Assembly: GCA_030037875.1 (NCBI GenBank) | Contig: JASHPV010000183.1 | Coordinates: forward strand, 1-54,361 | Reading direction: 5' to 3' | From: Thermoplasmata archaeon | GTDB lineage: Archaea > Thermoplasmatota > Thermoplasmata > Lutacidiplasmatales > UBA184 | Length of the DNA: 54,361 nucleotides | Translations under genes and position numbers: made by a program | In this document: positions 27,723 through 37,636 of the stretch, one piece after another | Layout: every line of letters begins with the position of its first letter | Position numbering within the stretch: position 1 is the stretch's first letter | The notes under the pieces: generated by a model | Told to the model about the DNA's origin: nothing | What the model saw: the letters and a program-made list of their open reading frames with translations, nothing else | Database searches by the model: none

Positions 27723-27933
27723 CCGCGTTTGGATTCATGGTGACGTACGAGTGAGACTCGTCCTACGCATATTGGACGGACCGACGGGGATCTGGCCATC
27801 GACCAATACTCGATGGTCTGACCCGGACCCGTGGGGCACCTGGGAGAGCTCTTTTCTTGTTACGCGTCTTTAAACCCTCCCTATATTTCCACCTCGCGAG
27901 GCGGGCGGACATCCCGTCTCTCCGGGGGTCGTA

Positions 27934-30801
27934 GTGTGGTGTAAAGGCACCGCCGCTGAACCCTCACCCACAAACCGGAAGGCAGGTGCCCGGTGCGGAC
28001 GCGGGGCGCCATCAACACGAAGGGCAAACACCATTCCTGTCGTCGCGCTCACCCTCCTCGCGGTCGTCGCGGTTGCCGTCGTGCCTCCGCTCCAAACGGT
28101 CGCGGCAGCGAGCGGGGCGAGCGGTCATCGGACGCCCCCGTCGCAGCCCACGCCACCCCCGAGTTTCAACTGCGGGAGCTATGGCCAATCCCTCGACGTC
28201 TTTTCCCCGAACCCCGCCGCGGGCATCGCCGGAACACGGTTCACACTCCAAGGTTCGGGCTACTACAACGCCCCGTCCCCGGGAAATTTCACCATCTGGA
28301 TGGCCAGTTACACCGGCGGCGATCTTCTCTACTTCACGAAGGTAACGGCCGCCGAATACGAACGGGAGTGGCTGAAGGATCAACCCTTCTGGGTGAACGT
28401 CACCGTACCCGGAGAGGAATCCGGGAGCTCGCTTCCCCCGGGAGCCTACGAGTTCTGGTCGGTTAACGACTCCACGACGGATACGGGCTGTGCCAACTAC
28501 CCGTTCACGTTGACTGCTACCCCCCCGGCGGCGCTAGGTTGTGTGTCCTGGAACGCGACACTCACCCTCCTCTCTCCGATTCCGGCCACCGGAGGACCGG
28601 AAACTCCCGTCGTCCTGAACGGATCGGGCTTCTCCGAGACGGGGGCTACCGGGATTTACTGGGCCAACACGACCGGGTCAGCCTATCAGCTGGTCGGGTC
28701 TGCCGGCGCGGAGCCCCCAGGCGACTTTTTCGAGCTCACCGTCGACGCCCCTTCCGGTTACGCAGCGGGAACCTATGTCTTCTGGGGGGTCGATGAGGAT
28801 TCCGATTGCGCGGGCGTGGTGTTCGTACTCACCGCCGCACCGGCCCTCACCTTGTCCGCCACGTCGGGTCCCCCCGGCAGTGTCGTAACCGGAATGGGGA
28901 CCGGCTTTGCATCCGATTCGACGGTGACCTTCACCTTCGACGGCGCCCCGGCCCCCTCGGACTGTGCGACGAACAGCACCGGCGACTTCCCGGGCACCAC
29001 AGGCCTGCCGTGTACCTTCACCGTGCCACCGGTTGCGTATGGAGACGACGGGGGAGACAACGTGGCCGCCACCGACGCGTCCTCGCATTCGGCCTCGGCT
29101 TCGTTCACGGTGTTGCCTGAGATCACTCTGACCCCCAACATGGGGCCGATGGGGGGTGAATTCACCGTCACGGGCATCGGGTTCAGCCCGTCGCCGGATA
29201 CCGCCACTATCACCTTCGATGGTAATCTGATAGACCCGATCACCGACCTTCCCGCGTGCGATAACGAGACATCCCTGATCGATCTCAACGCGACCGGGGG
29301 ATTCACTTGCACGTTCACTGTACCGCCGTTTGCCACGTTCGGAGCCAACGAAGTTCAGGGAATGGATACGTCATCGGGCGCGCTGACGGCCGCGGTGACG
29401 TTCACAGTCCCGCCTGAGCTCTCGATCACGAGCTCGCCCACGGTGGGCCCCATCGGGACTCCGGTAACGGCGACGGGCGCGGGATGGACCCCCGGGGACT
29501 CGATCGCGCTCTGGGTCGCTCCGGTCAGCGACGAGTCTCAGATCACCGTGCTGAATTGTGTGGGCGCGCCCTCCGGCGAACCGACCGTCGCCTCGACGGG
29601 CGGGTTCACCTGCGATTTCGACTTCCCGTCGGTAGCCCCCGGGGCGTACACCGTCGCCGCGTCGGATGCGTCCCATGTTACCTACCCGCCCACCGTCATC
29701 TATTCGGGGAACACGTTCTACCTTGTCGGCCCCCTAATCACCGTGAATCCGAGCGCGGGTCCGATCGGATCCACTTTCACGGTGACTGGTACCGGTTTCG
29801 AGCCCTTCCCCTCTACTGCGATCGTCAGCTTTGATGGCCAACAGATCACACCGACGGGCGGTTCGGACTGCTCGTTCAACGATGTGCTGATTACGCTGAA
29901 CACGACCGGAGGATTCGTGTGCACCTTCTCGGTGCCAGAATCCGCGGCGCTCGGGGCCCACGAGGTGCGGGGCGACGACACCGGCACGGGCCTTCTCACC
30001 CCGGAGCAAACATTCATGGTCACGCTGAGTTTCGCGACGTTGTCACTTTCGCCGGATCAGGGTCCCGTCGGGACCGTGGTGTACCTGGCGGGGAGCGGGT
30101 ACGCTTCATTGGCATTGTTCGATTATTGTTTCGAGGGAAGCGGGGCGCCGGCGGCCTGCGGCAGCTCCCGGGAGTTTCTGACCACCCCTGGGGGGGACAT
30201 TCCATCGGGGACGGCCATTCAGGTGCCCTCAGGTGAAAACGCTCAGGTGGTGGTGTCCGCCCTCACGACCGGTACGCTGGAGGCCTCCGCGGCCTTCGCG
30301 TTGACCATCCCGTATGTCGAGACGGTGAGCTCGACCACGGGCACTTCGGGGTCCGCGACCTTCACCGTCAGCGGGCTGGCGGACAGCACGGCGTACTATG
30401 TCTATCTCGATACGGTACAAGGGGTGGCCTCAGTCACCTCCTACAACCCCCTGGGTACATGCACTTCCTCCGCGACCGGTGTGCTGACCGCCTGTACGGT
30501 CCCCATTCCGCACGGGCTCAGCGCGGGAACGTACTACGTAGATCTGTTCCAGGACCCTTCGCCGCCGCCTTTCATCTTCTCGGTGTTCAATTTCACAATC
30601 GCCCCCGCATCCTCGGCCGGGAACCATTTCTTCCTGTTTGGACTCACGACCCTCGAGCTCCTGATCATCGGGCTCGCCGTGATTCTGATCGCGGTACTGG
30701 CGGTAGGGATAACGATCGCACGACGACGAAGGCCGGCCCCCAGACCCCCAGCGCGTACGACGGGAACCGCTCCGAAGAGTCCTCCCAAATCGTCCTCTTA
30801 A
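27934..30801 (+). CDS. Cell-surface protein with ~8 Ig-like (IPT/TIG-like) repeats and C-terminal membrane anchor
   Basis: Signal peptide; repeated 'xTxxP..GP.G...T..G.GF' starts; paired Cys; many N-x-S/T sequons; TM helix followed by RRRR. Confidence 0.85.
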   Translation: MWCKGTAAEPSPTNRKAGARCGRGAPSTRRANTIPVVALTLLAVVAVAVVPPLQTVAAASGASGHRTPPSQPTPPPSFNCGSYGQSLDVFSPNPAAGIAGTRFTLQGSGYYNAPSPGNFTIWMASYTGGDLLYFTKVTAAEYEREWLKDQPFWVNVTVPGEESGSSLPPGAYEFWSVNDSTTDTGCANYPFTLTATPPAALGCVSWNATLTLLSPIPATGGPETPVVLNGSGFSETGATGIYWANTTGSAYQLVGSAGAEPPGDFFELTVDAPSGYAAGTYVFWGVDEDSDCAGVVFVLTAAPALTLSATSGPPGSVVTGMGTGFASDSTVTFTFDGAPAPSDCATNSTGDFPGTTGLPCTFTVPPVAYGDDGGDNVAATDASSHSASASFTVLPEITLTPNMGPMGGEFTVTGIGFSPSPDTATITFDGNLIDPITDLPACDNETSLIDLNATGGFTCTFTVPPFATFGANEVQGMDTSSGALTAAVTFTVPPELSITSSPTVGPIGTPVTATGAGWTPGDSIALWVAPVSDESQITVLNCVGAPSGEPTVASTGGFTCDFDFPSVAPGAYTVAASDASHVTYPPTVIYSGNTFYLVGPLITVNPSAGPIGSTFTVTGTGFEPFPSTAIVSFDGQQITPTGGSDCSFNDVLITLNTTGGFVCTFSVPESAALGAHEVRGDDTGTGLLTPEQTFMVTLSFATLSLSPDQGPVGTVVYLAGSGYASLALFDYCFEGSGAPAACGSSREFLTTPGGDIPSGTAIQVPSGENAQVVVSALTTGTLEASAAFALTIPYVETVSSTTGTSGSATFTVSGLADSTAYYVYLDTVQGVASVTSYNPLGTCTSSATGVLTACTVPIPHGLSAGTYYVDLFQDPSPPPFIFSVFNFTIAPASSAGNHFFLFGLTTLELLIIGLAVILIAVLAVGITIARRRRPAPRPPARTTGTAPKSPPKSSS

Positions 30802-30936
30802 CGTCGCCGGGAAAGCGCCGGGCGAGCCAGAAAACTTTCCGAGGCGCTCGGGAGCCCCGACTTCCCGGCGAAGCGGTCCCCAACGAATACGGGTCGGTGG
30901 CCTATGCCCCCACTTCGAATTCGGTCGTTTAACATA

Positions 30937-30990
30937 GGGGGCAGTGCCGCCGACCACCGACCCGAGCTTTCAACCGCTGGTGCGCCGCCG
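30937..30990 (+). repeat. 54-bp direct repeat, copy 2
   Basis: GGGGGCAGTGCCGCCGACCACCGACCCGAGCTTTCAACCGCTGGTGCGCCGCCG. Confidence 0.9.
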
Positions 30991-31474
30991 GGCTTAGGGG
31001 TCTAGAGCGCCGCAACGCAGGATCCCCCAAGAACCTGGGGGGTGCCCCGGCCGCGCGGGGCGGGCGAGGATGAGTGGCGGACTGGGGAGGGGGGTCAAGG
31101 GAGGGGGCGAAGGCTGCTTAAGACGAAATCTCCTCTCTCGCTCGTGTCAGACGTAGCCTCCTACATCGCCATCGGCCTCGTGTGGCCCCCCGACTCGATG
31201 ACCGCGTTCTCCCGCGGCCGGAATATGAGGTACTTGGTTGCGATGTTGCGCGACGCGTCGTGAGCCGGTTTCGAGGGAATCTCCGCCATGCGACGAACCC
31301 GAGATCGGCCGGCTCACTTGTAGCCCGCTGAGGGGTCGTGAAACAGAGCGGGGGAACTCCATCGCCTTCGTAGCGAGAGGGACGTGTGGGCTCGATTCTT
31401 GAGCCGCTATGTCCACGTTGGCTTTTTCGGAAGAGATGTTAATGGCCGTCCCGGCTGCAGTCCGGAACGGTGCA

Positions 31475-32014
31475 CTATCTTCGGATGCGGGAGCGGTGCG
31501 GCGTTCCGGAAGACGGGCTCAGCGCGAGCCCCATGCGACGCGCTAGTCGCCGGTGCTCGGCAGGACTGATCCATTGGACCTTGAGGTAGTCGACCAGCTC
31601 CTGGTCCGACATGCCGATCCGCTTACCTTCCTTCACAGTAAACCGGTACGCCTCGATCTCCGAGGGGGCATCCACGTAGCTGAGCTTGGGGTAGAACAGC
31701 GGCTTGTGATGCCGGAACTGATTCACGTGGCATAGCTCGTGAATGATGTCGAGGTACACGTCGCGGATGCTTCCCTCCTTGAGGTATCGATTGCTGATGA
31801 TCAAGTGGCCGTCGACGTCGCTCGTACCCATGTACCCGAACCGGGCAGAGAAGAATTCCACCTTCTGGCGACGCAGGACTTTCACCGTCTGCTTTCCAAA
31901 AAGGCCCCGGATAGCGGCCACGTCGCCGAAGCCCCGAAAGAACCGCTCAAAAGGGTACAGCTTGGTCGGCGCGTCACGCTGGATCCGCACGTGATACTTC
32001 GAATCGATCGTCAT
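31475..32014 (-). CDS. Small HExxH (zincin-like) protein
   Basis: IIHELCHVNQ and downstream EIEAY. Confidence 0.7.
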   Translation of the reverse strand: MTIDSKYHVRIQRDAPTKLYPFERFFRGFGDVAAIRGLFGKQTVKVLRRQKVEFFSARFGYMGTSDVDGHLIISNRYLKEGSIRDVYLDIIHELCHVNQFRHHKPLFYPKLSYVDAPSEIEAYRFTVKEGKRIGMSDQELVDYLKVQWISPAEHRRLARRMGLALSPSSGTPHRSRIRR

Positions 32015-32139
32015 GACTTTTGACGGCTCGAAAGTTGACAGACCGACGTGCGGAAAGAGCCTTCGACCCTTTCGGCAAGGGTCGGGCGGATCGTCTGGAC
32101 CCCGGAGGAGACGTAAGGTCCCTGGAGCCCGGGCGACTC

Positions 32140-32541
32140 TCAGCCCGGGTCCAAGGCCCGACGCGGAGGAAGGAGTGTCACCCGAATTCCGTCAGTAACG
32201 AATGCGAGCATAACGACCAGAGGTAACAGAGGGAGTCCTCCGAGGACACCCGACAACGCACCGGTCGCGAGGCTTGCCCCCGTTGCCGCTGCGGCCGCGA
32301 GCGCGACCAACGCGCCGGCAACGCGCCACATCGGGCGACTGTCGTGCGAACGCGACCGTATCGAGACGCCCAATGCAGCGACCAGCAGAACCGCAAGAAC
32401 CAGTCCTGCAACTTCGTGGAGTACGAATCCATTTCCCACGCGAGCCACGATCGCCGCGATGAAACTGATCCCGGTGGCCAGCGCAATCGTGAGCAGAATC
32501 AACAATGTCCGGCGCTTACTGGATTTCAGAAAGTCGACCAA
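32140..32541 (-). CDS. Hypothetical membrane protein (~4 TM)
   Basis: Four hydrophobic segments after a basic N-terminus. Confidence 0.6.
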   Translation of the reverse strand: MVDFLKSSKRRTLLILLTIALATGISFIAAIVARVGNGFVLHEVAGLVLAVLLVAALGVSIRSRSHDSRPMWRVAGALVALAAAAATGASLATGALSGVLGGLPLLPLVVMLAFVTDGIRVTLLPPRRALDPG

Positions 32542-32860
32542 CCCCTGGGGGTGCGATTAACCTTGGCCCGGTCGGATCCGACATTCGTTCGGCCACCGTC
32601 GTCCCAGTTCGGTTGAGCGGCGGCGTGCGCCGGCATTATGTTCCGCAGAGGCAGTCCTCTTGTTATCCGATGGAATCATCGAGGGCTTGTCTCTTATCCT
32701 CCGATGGCGCCCTCTCCGTTGTATCGGAGCTACACCCGATGCGGCCGGGCCGCTCTGGCCGATTCAAGACACTGCCCCTACTGTGCGGACGCTTTAACCT
32801 GACCTTCCCTGTTTCCTTCAGTATCGTCAGATCCGAGTGTAGACAGGTTTCGAGGGTTCT

Positions 32861-33664
32861 GTGAAGGCGTACAAGGTCCGGCCCGGCCAGCCCGCGCAAA
32901 TTGACCGGGCGGATCCGGCGGACACCTCCGGATTTGACGGGGACAAGGACGCAGGTCTCCGCCGACTGGAAAAATTGACGGTCCGATTGGAGGAGCTTCA
33001 GGAACTCCTCTATGCGGACCACCAGCAGGCGCTCTTGATCGTTCTTCAGGGGATGGACTCGGCAGGAAAGGACGGTACCATCCGCCGCGTCTTCTCCGGT
33101 GTCAACCCCGAGGGGGTACGCGTCGCGTCGTTCAAGCTCCCATCGACGCTCGAAAGCGAGCACGATTTTCTGTGGAGGATCCACCAACAGGTCCCGGCCC
33201 AGGGGGAGATCGTACTGTTCAACCGTAGCCATTACGAGGATGTGCTGATCACCCGGGTCCACGGGCTCATTCCAAAAAGCACGTGGGAGCGCCGGTACCG
33301 CGAGATCAACGAGTTCGAGCGCACGTTGACCGAAGAGGGCACGACATTTCTGAAGTTCTTCCTCCATATCAGCCGGGGCGAACAGAAACGTCGGTTGAAG
33401 GAGCGGCTCGACGACCCGACTAAGCACTGGAAGTTTCGCGAGTCCGACGTTCAGGAACGCCGGTTGTGGCCCGCCTACATGGAAGCGTACGAGGAAGCGC
33501 TCACGAAGACGAGCACGACGTGGGCGCCTTGGTACATCATTCCCTCGGACCGAAAGTGGCTCCGAGACCTGCTGGTCTCCGAGGAGATCGTTCGGACGCT
33601 CGAGGGATTCCGGATGCACTACCCGCCGCTTCCTCCCGAACTACGGGCCGCGCGAGTTCGATAA
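32861..33664 (+). CDS. ppk2: Polyphosphate kinase 2 (class III-like)
   Basis: LQGMDSAGKDG, FK.P, E..HDFLWR, FNRSHYE, KFFLHIS, APWY.IP.D.KW. Confidence 0.95.
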   Translation: MKAYKVRPGQPAQIDRADPADTSGFDGDKDAGLRRLEKLTVRLEELQELLYADHQQALLIVLQGMDSAGKDGTIRRVFSGVNPEGVRVASFKLPSTLESEHDFLWRIHQQVPAQGEIVLFNRSHYEDVLITRVHGLIPKSTWERRYREINEFERTLTEEGTTFLKFFLHISRGEQKRRLKERLDDPTKHWKFRESDVQERRLWPAYMEAYEEALTKTSTTWAPWYIIPSDRKWLRDLLVSEEIVRTLEGFRMHYPPLPPELRAARVR

Positions 33665-33667
33665 GGA

Positions 33668-34933
33668 ATGGTCTCGCAATTCGACCGACCCCCATCCGGG
33701 TTGTCCGTGTGGATGATCCGCGGTCCGCGCGGAGCCTTTCGCTGGACAGCCTACGTTCTGGCCGTCACCTCGTTCGCGGCGGCCGTCCCGTCGCCCCTCT
33801 ACCCCGTGTACGAACACCAGTTCGAGTTTACCGCGGGCGTGCTGGGGCTGGTGTTCGCCGCCTACACGCCGGGGGTGCTGCTGATGCTTTTCTTGGTGGC
33901 TCCCCAGGCCGAACGGCGGGGCCGAAGGAGGATGCTGGCCATCGGGATGATGCTGACGGCGCTCGGGGCACTCGTCTTCGCCCTGGCGCCGGGCGTCACG
34001 TGGCTCGCAATGGCGAGATTCATTTCCGGGCTAGCCGTGGGCGCCACAACGAGCGTCGCCACGGCGGCCATGAGCGACCTCGAACCTAATCGGGACGCGC
34101 ATCACGTTGCCCGAGTGGCCGTTGCGGCGAACTTCGGAGGTTTTGCGATTGGAGTGGCGCTCAGTGGGCTGACGGTACAGTTCGGCCCCTGGCCGACTCA
34201 CCTCGTGTACTTCCTGCCCGTCGCGGCGAGTGTCCTCGGACTCCTCGCGGTCTCTGTGACGCCGGAAACAGCTCCGGACATCGGTGTGAAACTGCCGTAC
34301 CGCATCCAAGGCGTCTCGGTGCCGCCGCAGATTCTGCGTCCGTTCTGGGTCGCGACCGGGGGCATCGCGGCCTGCTACTCGATCTACGGCTTCTTCGCCG
34401 CTCTTGTACCCTCGTACGTGCGAACCGTGCTGATGGATCCACACGCTTCGGCGGTCGGGCTGGTCGTGGCGTCGATGTTCGGCATGGCCGCCATCACGCA
34501 GCTGGCCACGGCTCAAATCCGGGACCGACGCGCGCTCTTGGTCGGATTTCCCCTCATGATCTTCACCCTGGTCGGCCTAGTCCTGATCCTTCCGTACGCC
34601 TCGTGGACCTTCATCTTCCCCGTTTCCGCCGGGCTGGGGATCGCCGTGGGCCTGACCTTCATGGGCAGCGTTACGCTCGTCGACCGGGTGGCACCGGATG
34701 CGGCGCGCGGGGAAACCCTCGCCGGATTTTACTCTGCCGGATACATGGCGCTCGCGGTACCCACGATTGGTATTGCCGAGGTATCGGAGCGTGTCGGGCT
34801 CGCGGATGCGGGGATTCTGTTCGGGTCCGTTTTGGCCTTGGTCGTCTGCCTGATGTACGTGGCGATACTTCGCACCCCCACCCCGCCCGGCGGCGGCGGT
34901 CGGCGGCGGAACGACCCAACCGGCCCCGCGTGA
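33668..34933 (+). CDS. MFS transporter
   Basis: ~12 TM; PSPLY..Y, E..GRR motif A variant, ARF.SG. Confidence 0.9.
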   Translation: MVSQFDRPPSGLSVWMIRGPRGAFRWTAYVLAVTSFAAAVPSPLYPVYEHQFEFTAGVLGLVFAAYTPGVLLMLFLVAPQAERRGRRRMLAIGMMLTALGALVFALAPGVTWLAMARFISGLAVGATTSVATAAMSDLEPNRDAHHVARVAVAANFGGFAIGVALSGLTVQFGPWPTHLVYFLPVAASVLGLLAVSVTPETAPDIGVKLPYRIQGVSVPPQILRPFWVATGGIAACYSIYGFFAALVPSYVRTVLMDPHASAVGLVVASMFGMAAITQLATAQIRDRRALLVGFPLMIFTLVGLVLILPYASWTFIFPVSAGLGIAVGLTFMGSVTLVDRVAPDAARGETLAGFYSAGYMALAVPTIGIAEVSERVGLADAGILFGSVLALVVCLMYVAILRTPTPPGGGGRRRNDPTGPA

Positions 34934-35009
34934 ACTTCAGCCGGCGTCGCGGTTCCTCAGGCGGTCTTAAGCTCGGCTTTTTAGGGTCCCGTTGCCCCTT
35001 CGCGGCGGT

Positions 35010-36365
35010 ATGGCGAGAAAGCGAGTCGTTGTCATGGGCGCAGCGGGCCGAGATTTTCACAATTTCAACGTCCTCTACCGGGGCCATCCGGAGTATGAGG
35101 TGGTCGCCTTCACCGCAACGCAGATTCCGAACATCGCCGGGCGAATCTATCCGGCGGTGCTCGCGGGTCCCGAGTACCCGAACGGGATCCCTATTCTCCC
35201 GGAAGAGGAACTTCCGGACCTCGTCCGGAAGCAGAGCGTAGACCTGGTGCTCCTGGCCTACTCGGACCTGCCCGAAGTCGAGGTCATGCACAAGGGCTCG
35301 ATCGCTCTCGCCGCCGGCGCCAGCTTCCTTCTCGCGGGCCCTAAGGAAACAATGCTGAGGTCGACCAAGCCGGTACTGAGCGTCTGCGCGGTCCGCACAG
35401 GGGCTGGCAAGAGCCCGCTGACTCGTTTCGTCTCCCGGTACCTGCGCTCGCGCGGATTCCGGGTGGCGATCGTACGTCACCCGATGCCGTACGGCGATCT
35501 AGCCGCGCAAGCCGTCCAACGCTTCGCGAAGCTCGAGGATCTCGACACCGCTCACTGTACCATCGAGGAACGAGAGGAGTACGAACCCCACCTCCGAGAT
35601 GGGGCGGTCGTGTTCGCCGGTGTCGATTATGAGGCAATCCTGCGACGCGCTGAGCCGGAAGCCGACGTCATCCTCTGGGACGGCGGTAACAACGATTTTT
35701 CGTTTTACCGGCCCGATCTCCAGATCGTTGTAGCGGACCCCCACCGGCCCGGTCACGAGCTTTCGTACTACCCCGGGGAGGTAAATTTCAGAATGGCGGA
35801 TGTGATTGTCGTCAGCAAGACCGACTCGGCGCTCCCTCAGAACGTGGCTTCCATTGAGGCCAACGCCGCCCGGGTCAATCCCCAGGCCGAGGTCGTTCGC
35901 GGTGCCCTGGAGTTGACCGCCGATCAACCGGAACGGCTTCGAGGCCGACGCGTACTGGTGATCGAGGACGGGCCCACCATCACCCACGGCGGCATGGCCT
36001 ACGGCGCCGGCACCTTACTGGCGCGGGCCCAGGGTGCTGTCATCGTCGATGCCCAGCCGTTCGCGGTCGGGAGCATTGCCCGCGTGTACGAGCAGTACCC
36101 ACACCTCAAGAGCATCCTTCCTGCGATGGGGTACAGTGCGGAACAGGTCCGGGAACTGGAGGAAACGATTCGACGGTCCGATGCGGAGTTCGTTGTGGAC
36201 GGGAGTCCCGTCAACTTGAGCCACCTGGTCCACGTCGACGTCCCACTGGTGAATGTGACATACCTGTACGAGGACCTGGACGGCCGGATGGCTAGGGTGC
36301 TGGAGCGGTTCGCCCTGCAGTACCTCACGTCCGCCCGTCCAGGGTCGGCCCGGACCGCCGGGTAG
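35010..36365 (+). CDS. arcE: Arginine synthetase ArcE-like protein (cDPG-synthetase-related P-loop family)
   Basis: GAAGRDFHNFN, VVAFTATQIP.I.GR.YP, AVRTGAGKS, RHPMPYGDL, CTIEEREEYE, WDGGNND, EDGPT.THGGM. Confidence 0.75.
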   Translation: MARKRVVVMGAAGRDFHNFNVLYRGHPEYEVVAFTATQIPNIAGRIYPAVLAGPEYPNGIPILPEEELPDLVRKQSVDLVLLAYSDLPEVEVMHKGSIALAAGASFLLAGPKETMLRSTKPVLSVCAVRTGAGKSPLTRFVSRYLRSRGFRVAIVRHPMPYGDLAAQAVQRFAKLEDLDTAHCTIEEREEYEPHLRDGAVVFAGVDYEAILRRAEPEADVILWDGGNNDFSFYRPDLQIVVADPHRPGHELSYYPGEVNFRMADVIVVSKTDSALPQNVASIEANAARVNPQAEVVRGALELTADQPERLRGRRVLVIEDGPTITHGGMAYGAGTLLARAQGAVIVDAQPFAVGSIARVYEQYPHLKSILPAMGYSAEQVRELEETIRRSDAEFVVDGSPVNLSHLVHVDVPLVNVTYLYEDLDGRMARVLERFALQYLTSARPGSARTAG

Positions 36366-36492
36366 AACGACGGCAAGGTTGGACGGCCCAATCTGCGCCC
36401 TGTGTTCGAGCCTCGGTCTCGGTAAGGAACCGCGGATGCAATGCGAGGCCCGATACGAACGTTAGAATAGGGGACCGCAAGTCCCCCTCGGG

Positions 36493-37014
36493 ATGAGATT
36501 CTCCCACTTGATCCCCATACTCATCGGAGTGGCAATCCTCCTCTTCGGAATCTATCTGGTCTCGACCAACGGGTATCTCGACGGAAAGTACCTTCCGAGC
36601 TTCATCGGGATTCAGCCGTGCAGCTCCGGTTCGCCGAGCTCGCCGCTCAACGGCACTGGGTGCACGGGGTTCGGGGCCTTCGAAGGCTTCGGCGTCGGCA
36701 CGATCGTGTGCATCTCTGGACTCGGGATCATAGGGGGTTCTCTCCGTCGAGGATTCTCGTCATCGGCCGCTGGCTCGACCGCTCTGACCCCTGAAGCCCT
36801 CTCCGCGCTCGTCCAGGGCCAAAGTCGGTTGCAGGCGGCTCCGGGGGCAATTGCTCCGGGTCCGCGATTGGGGACGGTTTACTGTTCCACTTGTGGTGCG
36901 GCCAATCCTTCGGAGGCCAAGTTTTGCCACCAATGCGCGACCGCGATGCCGGGCGCTGCCCCACTGGCCCAGCCTGCCGCACCGCCCTCCGTTCCTCCCG
37001 GGGCGGGGGGCTAA
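36493..37014 (+). CDS. Membrane protein with C-terminal zinc ribbon
   Basis: Two TM segments with a Cys-pair loop; YCSTCGAAN...AKFCHQC. Confidence 0.75.
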   Translation: MRFSHLIPILIGVAILLFGIYLVSTNGYLDGKYLPSFIGIQPCSSGSPSSPLNGTGCTGFGAFEGFGVGTIVCISGLGIIGGSLRRGFSSSAAGSTALTPEALSALVQGQSRLQAAPGAIAPGPRLGTVYCSTCGAANPSEAKFCHQCATAMPGAAPLAQPAAPPSVPPGAGG

Positions 37015-37070
37015 CCGGCCGCTCGACCCTTGGCGCTAAATTTCCGCGCGTATCCGAAGGGGACGATTCC

Positions 37071-37607
37071 ATGGGACTTTCTCTATCGGAGATCACGTTC
37101 ATCCTCAGTGCCATCAGCTCGACGGCGGTCATCGCGGGCGCGTTTTTCATCGTCTTTCAGTTGCGCCAGAACGCGAAGCTGATCGAGGCCACTCTGGCCC
37201 AGAATCGGAACGATGCGGCGTTCAACATCCTGGACCGGCTGACGCAAGAGGGGACCGGGCGTCGCCGGAAACAGCTCCGCGACGTCTCCACGCGACATGT
37301 CAAGGAGGGCTGGGACGGATTCATCGGGAGCCTCGAGGCGTACGAGGTGAGCGGTTTCGCGTACCAGTACGAATTGATCGGCCAGTTCGTCCGCGAGGGT
37401 ATCGTCGACCTCGACCTCGTCACTCACATGCTGAGCTACCTGATCGTCTCGGACTGGCTTCAGTTCCGGCCGATCGCGGACTATCTCAACATCCAGTTCG
37501 GAACGAAGGTCAGCCCGTGGATCCATTTCCAGTGGCTCGCGGAAAAGTGCCGGCAGCATTTGGACTCCCCTGCCCACGACGCCGAGGCGCCCATCATCGG
37601 CACCTGA
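37071..37607 (+). CDS. DUF4760-like membrane-anchored protein
   Basis: N-terminal TM then QLRQ; YE..G..V..G..D; W.HF.WLA. Confidence 0.6.
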   Translation: MGLSLSEITFILSAISSTAVIAGAFFIVFQLRQNAKLIEATLAQNRNDAAFNILDRLTQEGTGRRRKQLRDVSTRHVKEGWDGFIGSLEAYEVSGFAYQYELIGQFVREGIVDLDLVTHMLSYLIVSDWLQFRPIADYLNIQFGTKVSPWIHFQWLAEKCRQHLDSPAHDAEAPIIGT

Positions 37608-37636
37608 GCGCCCGGAGGCGCGGCGTTCGGTCCGGC

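Noticed and set aside
27669-30990. CRISPR, IS ends or replication-origin ORB boxes
   Set aside because: Only two direct copies 3.3 kb apart, no transposase or cdc6, and no TTCCAGTGGAA-type core
31147-31416. 89-aa minus-strand ORF
   Set aside because: No motifs and atypical composition; not supportable
32542-32860. Riboswitch or small gene upstream of ppk2
   Set aside because: No recognisable aptamer consensus, and the ORFs lack protein-like features
35010-36365. Cyclic 2,3-diphosphoglycerate synthetase
   Set aside because: The GAAGRDFHNFN N-terminus fits the ArcE-like subgroup, and no 2-phosphoglycerate kinase is adjacent
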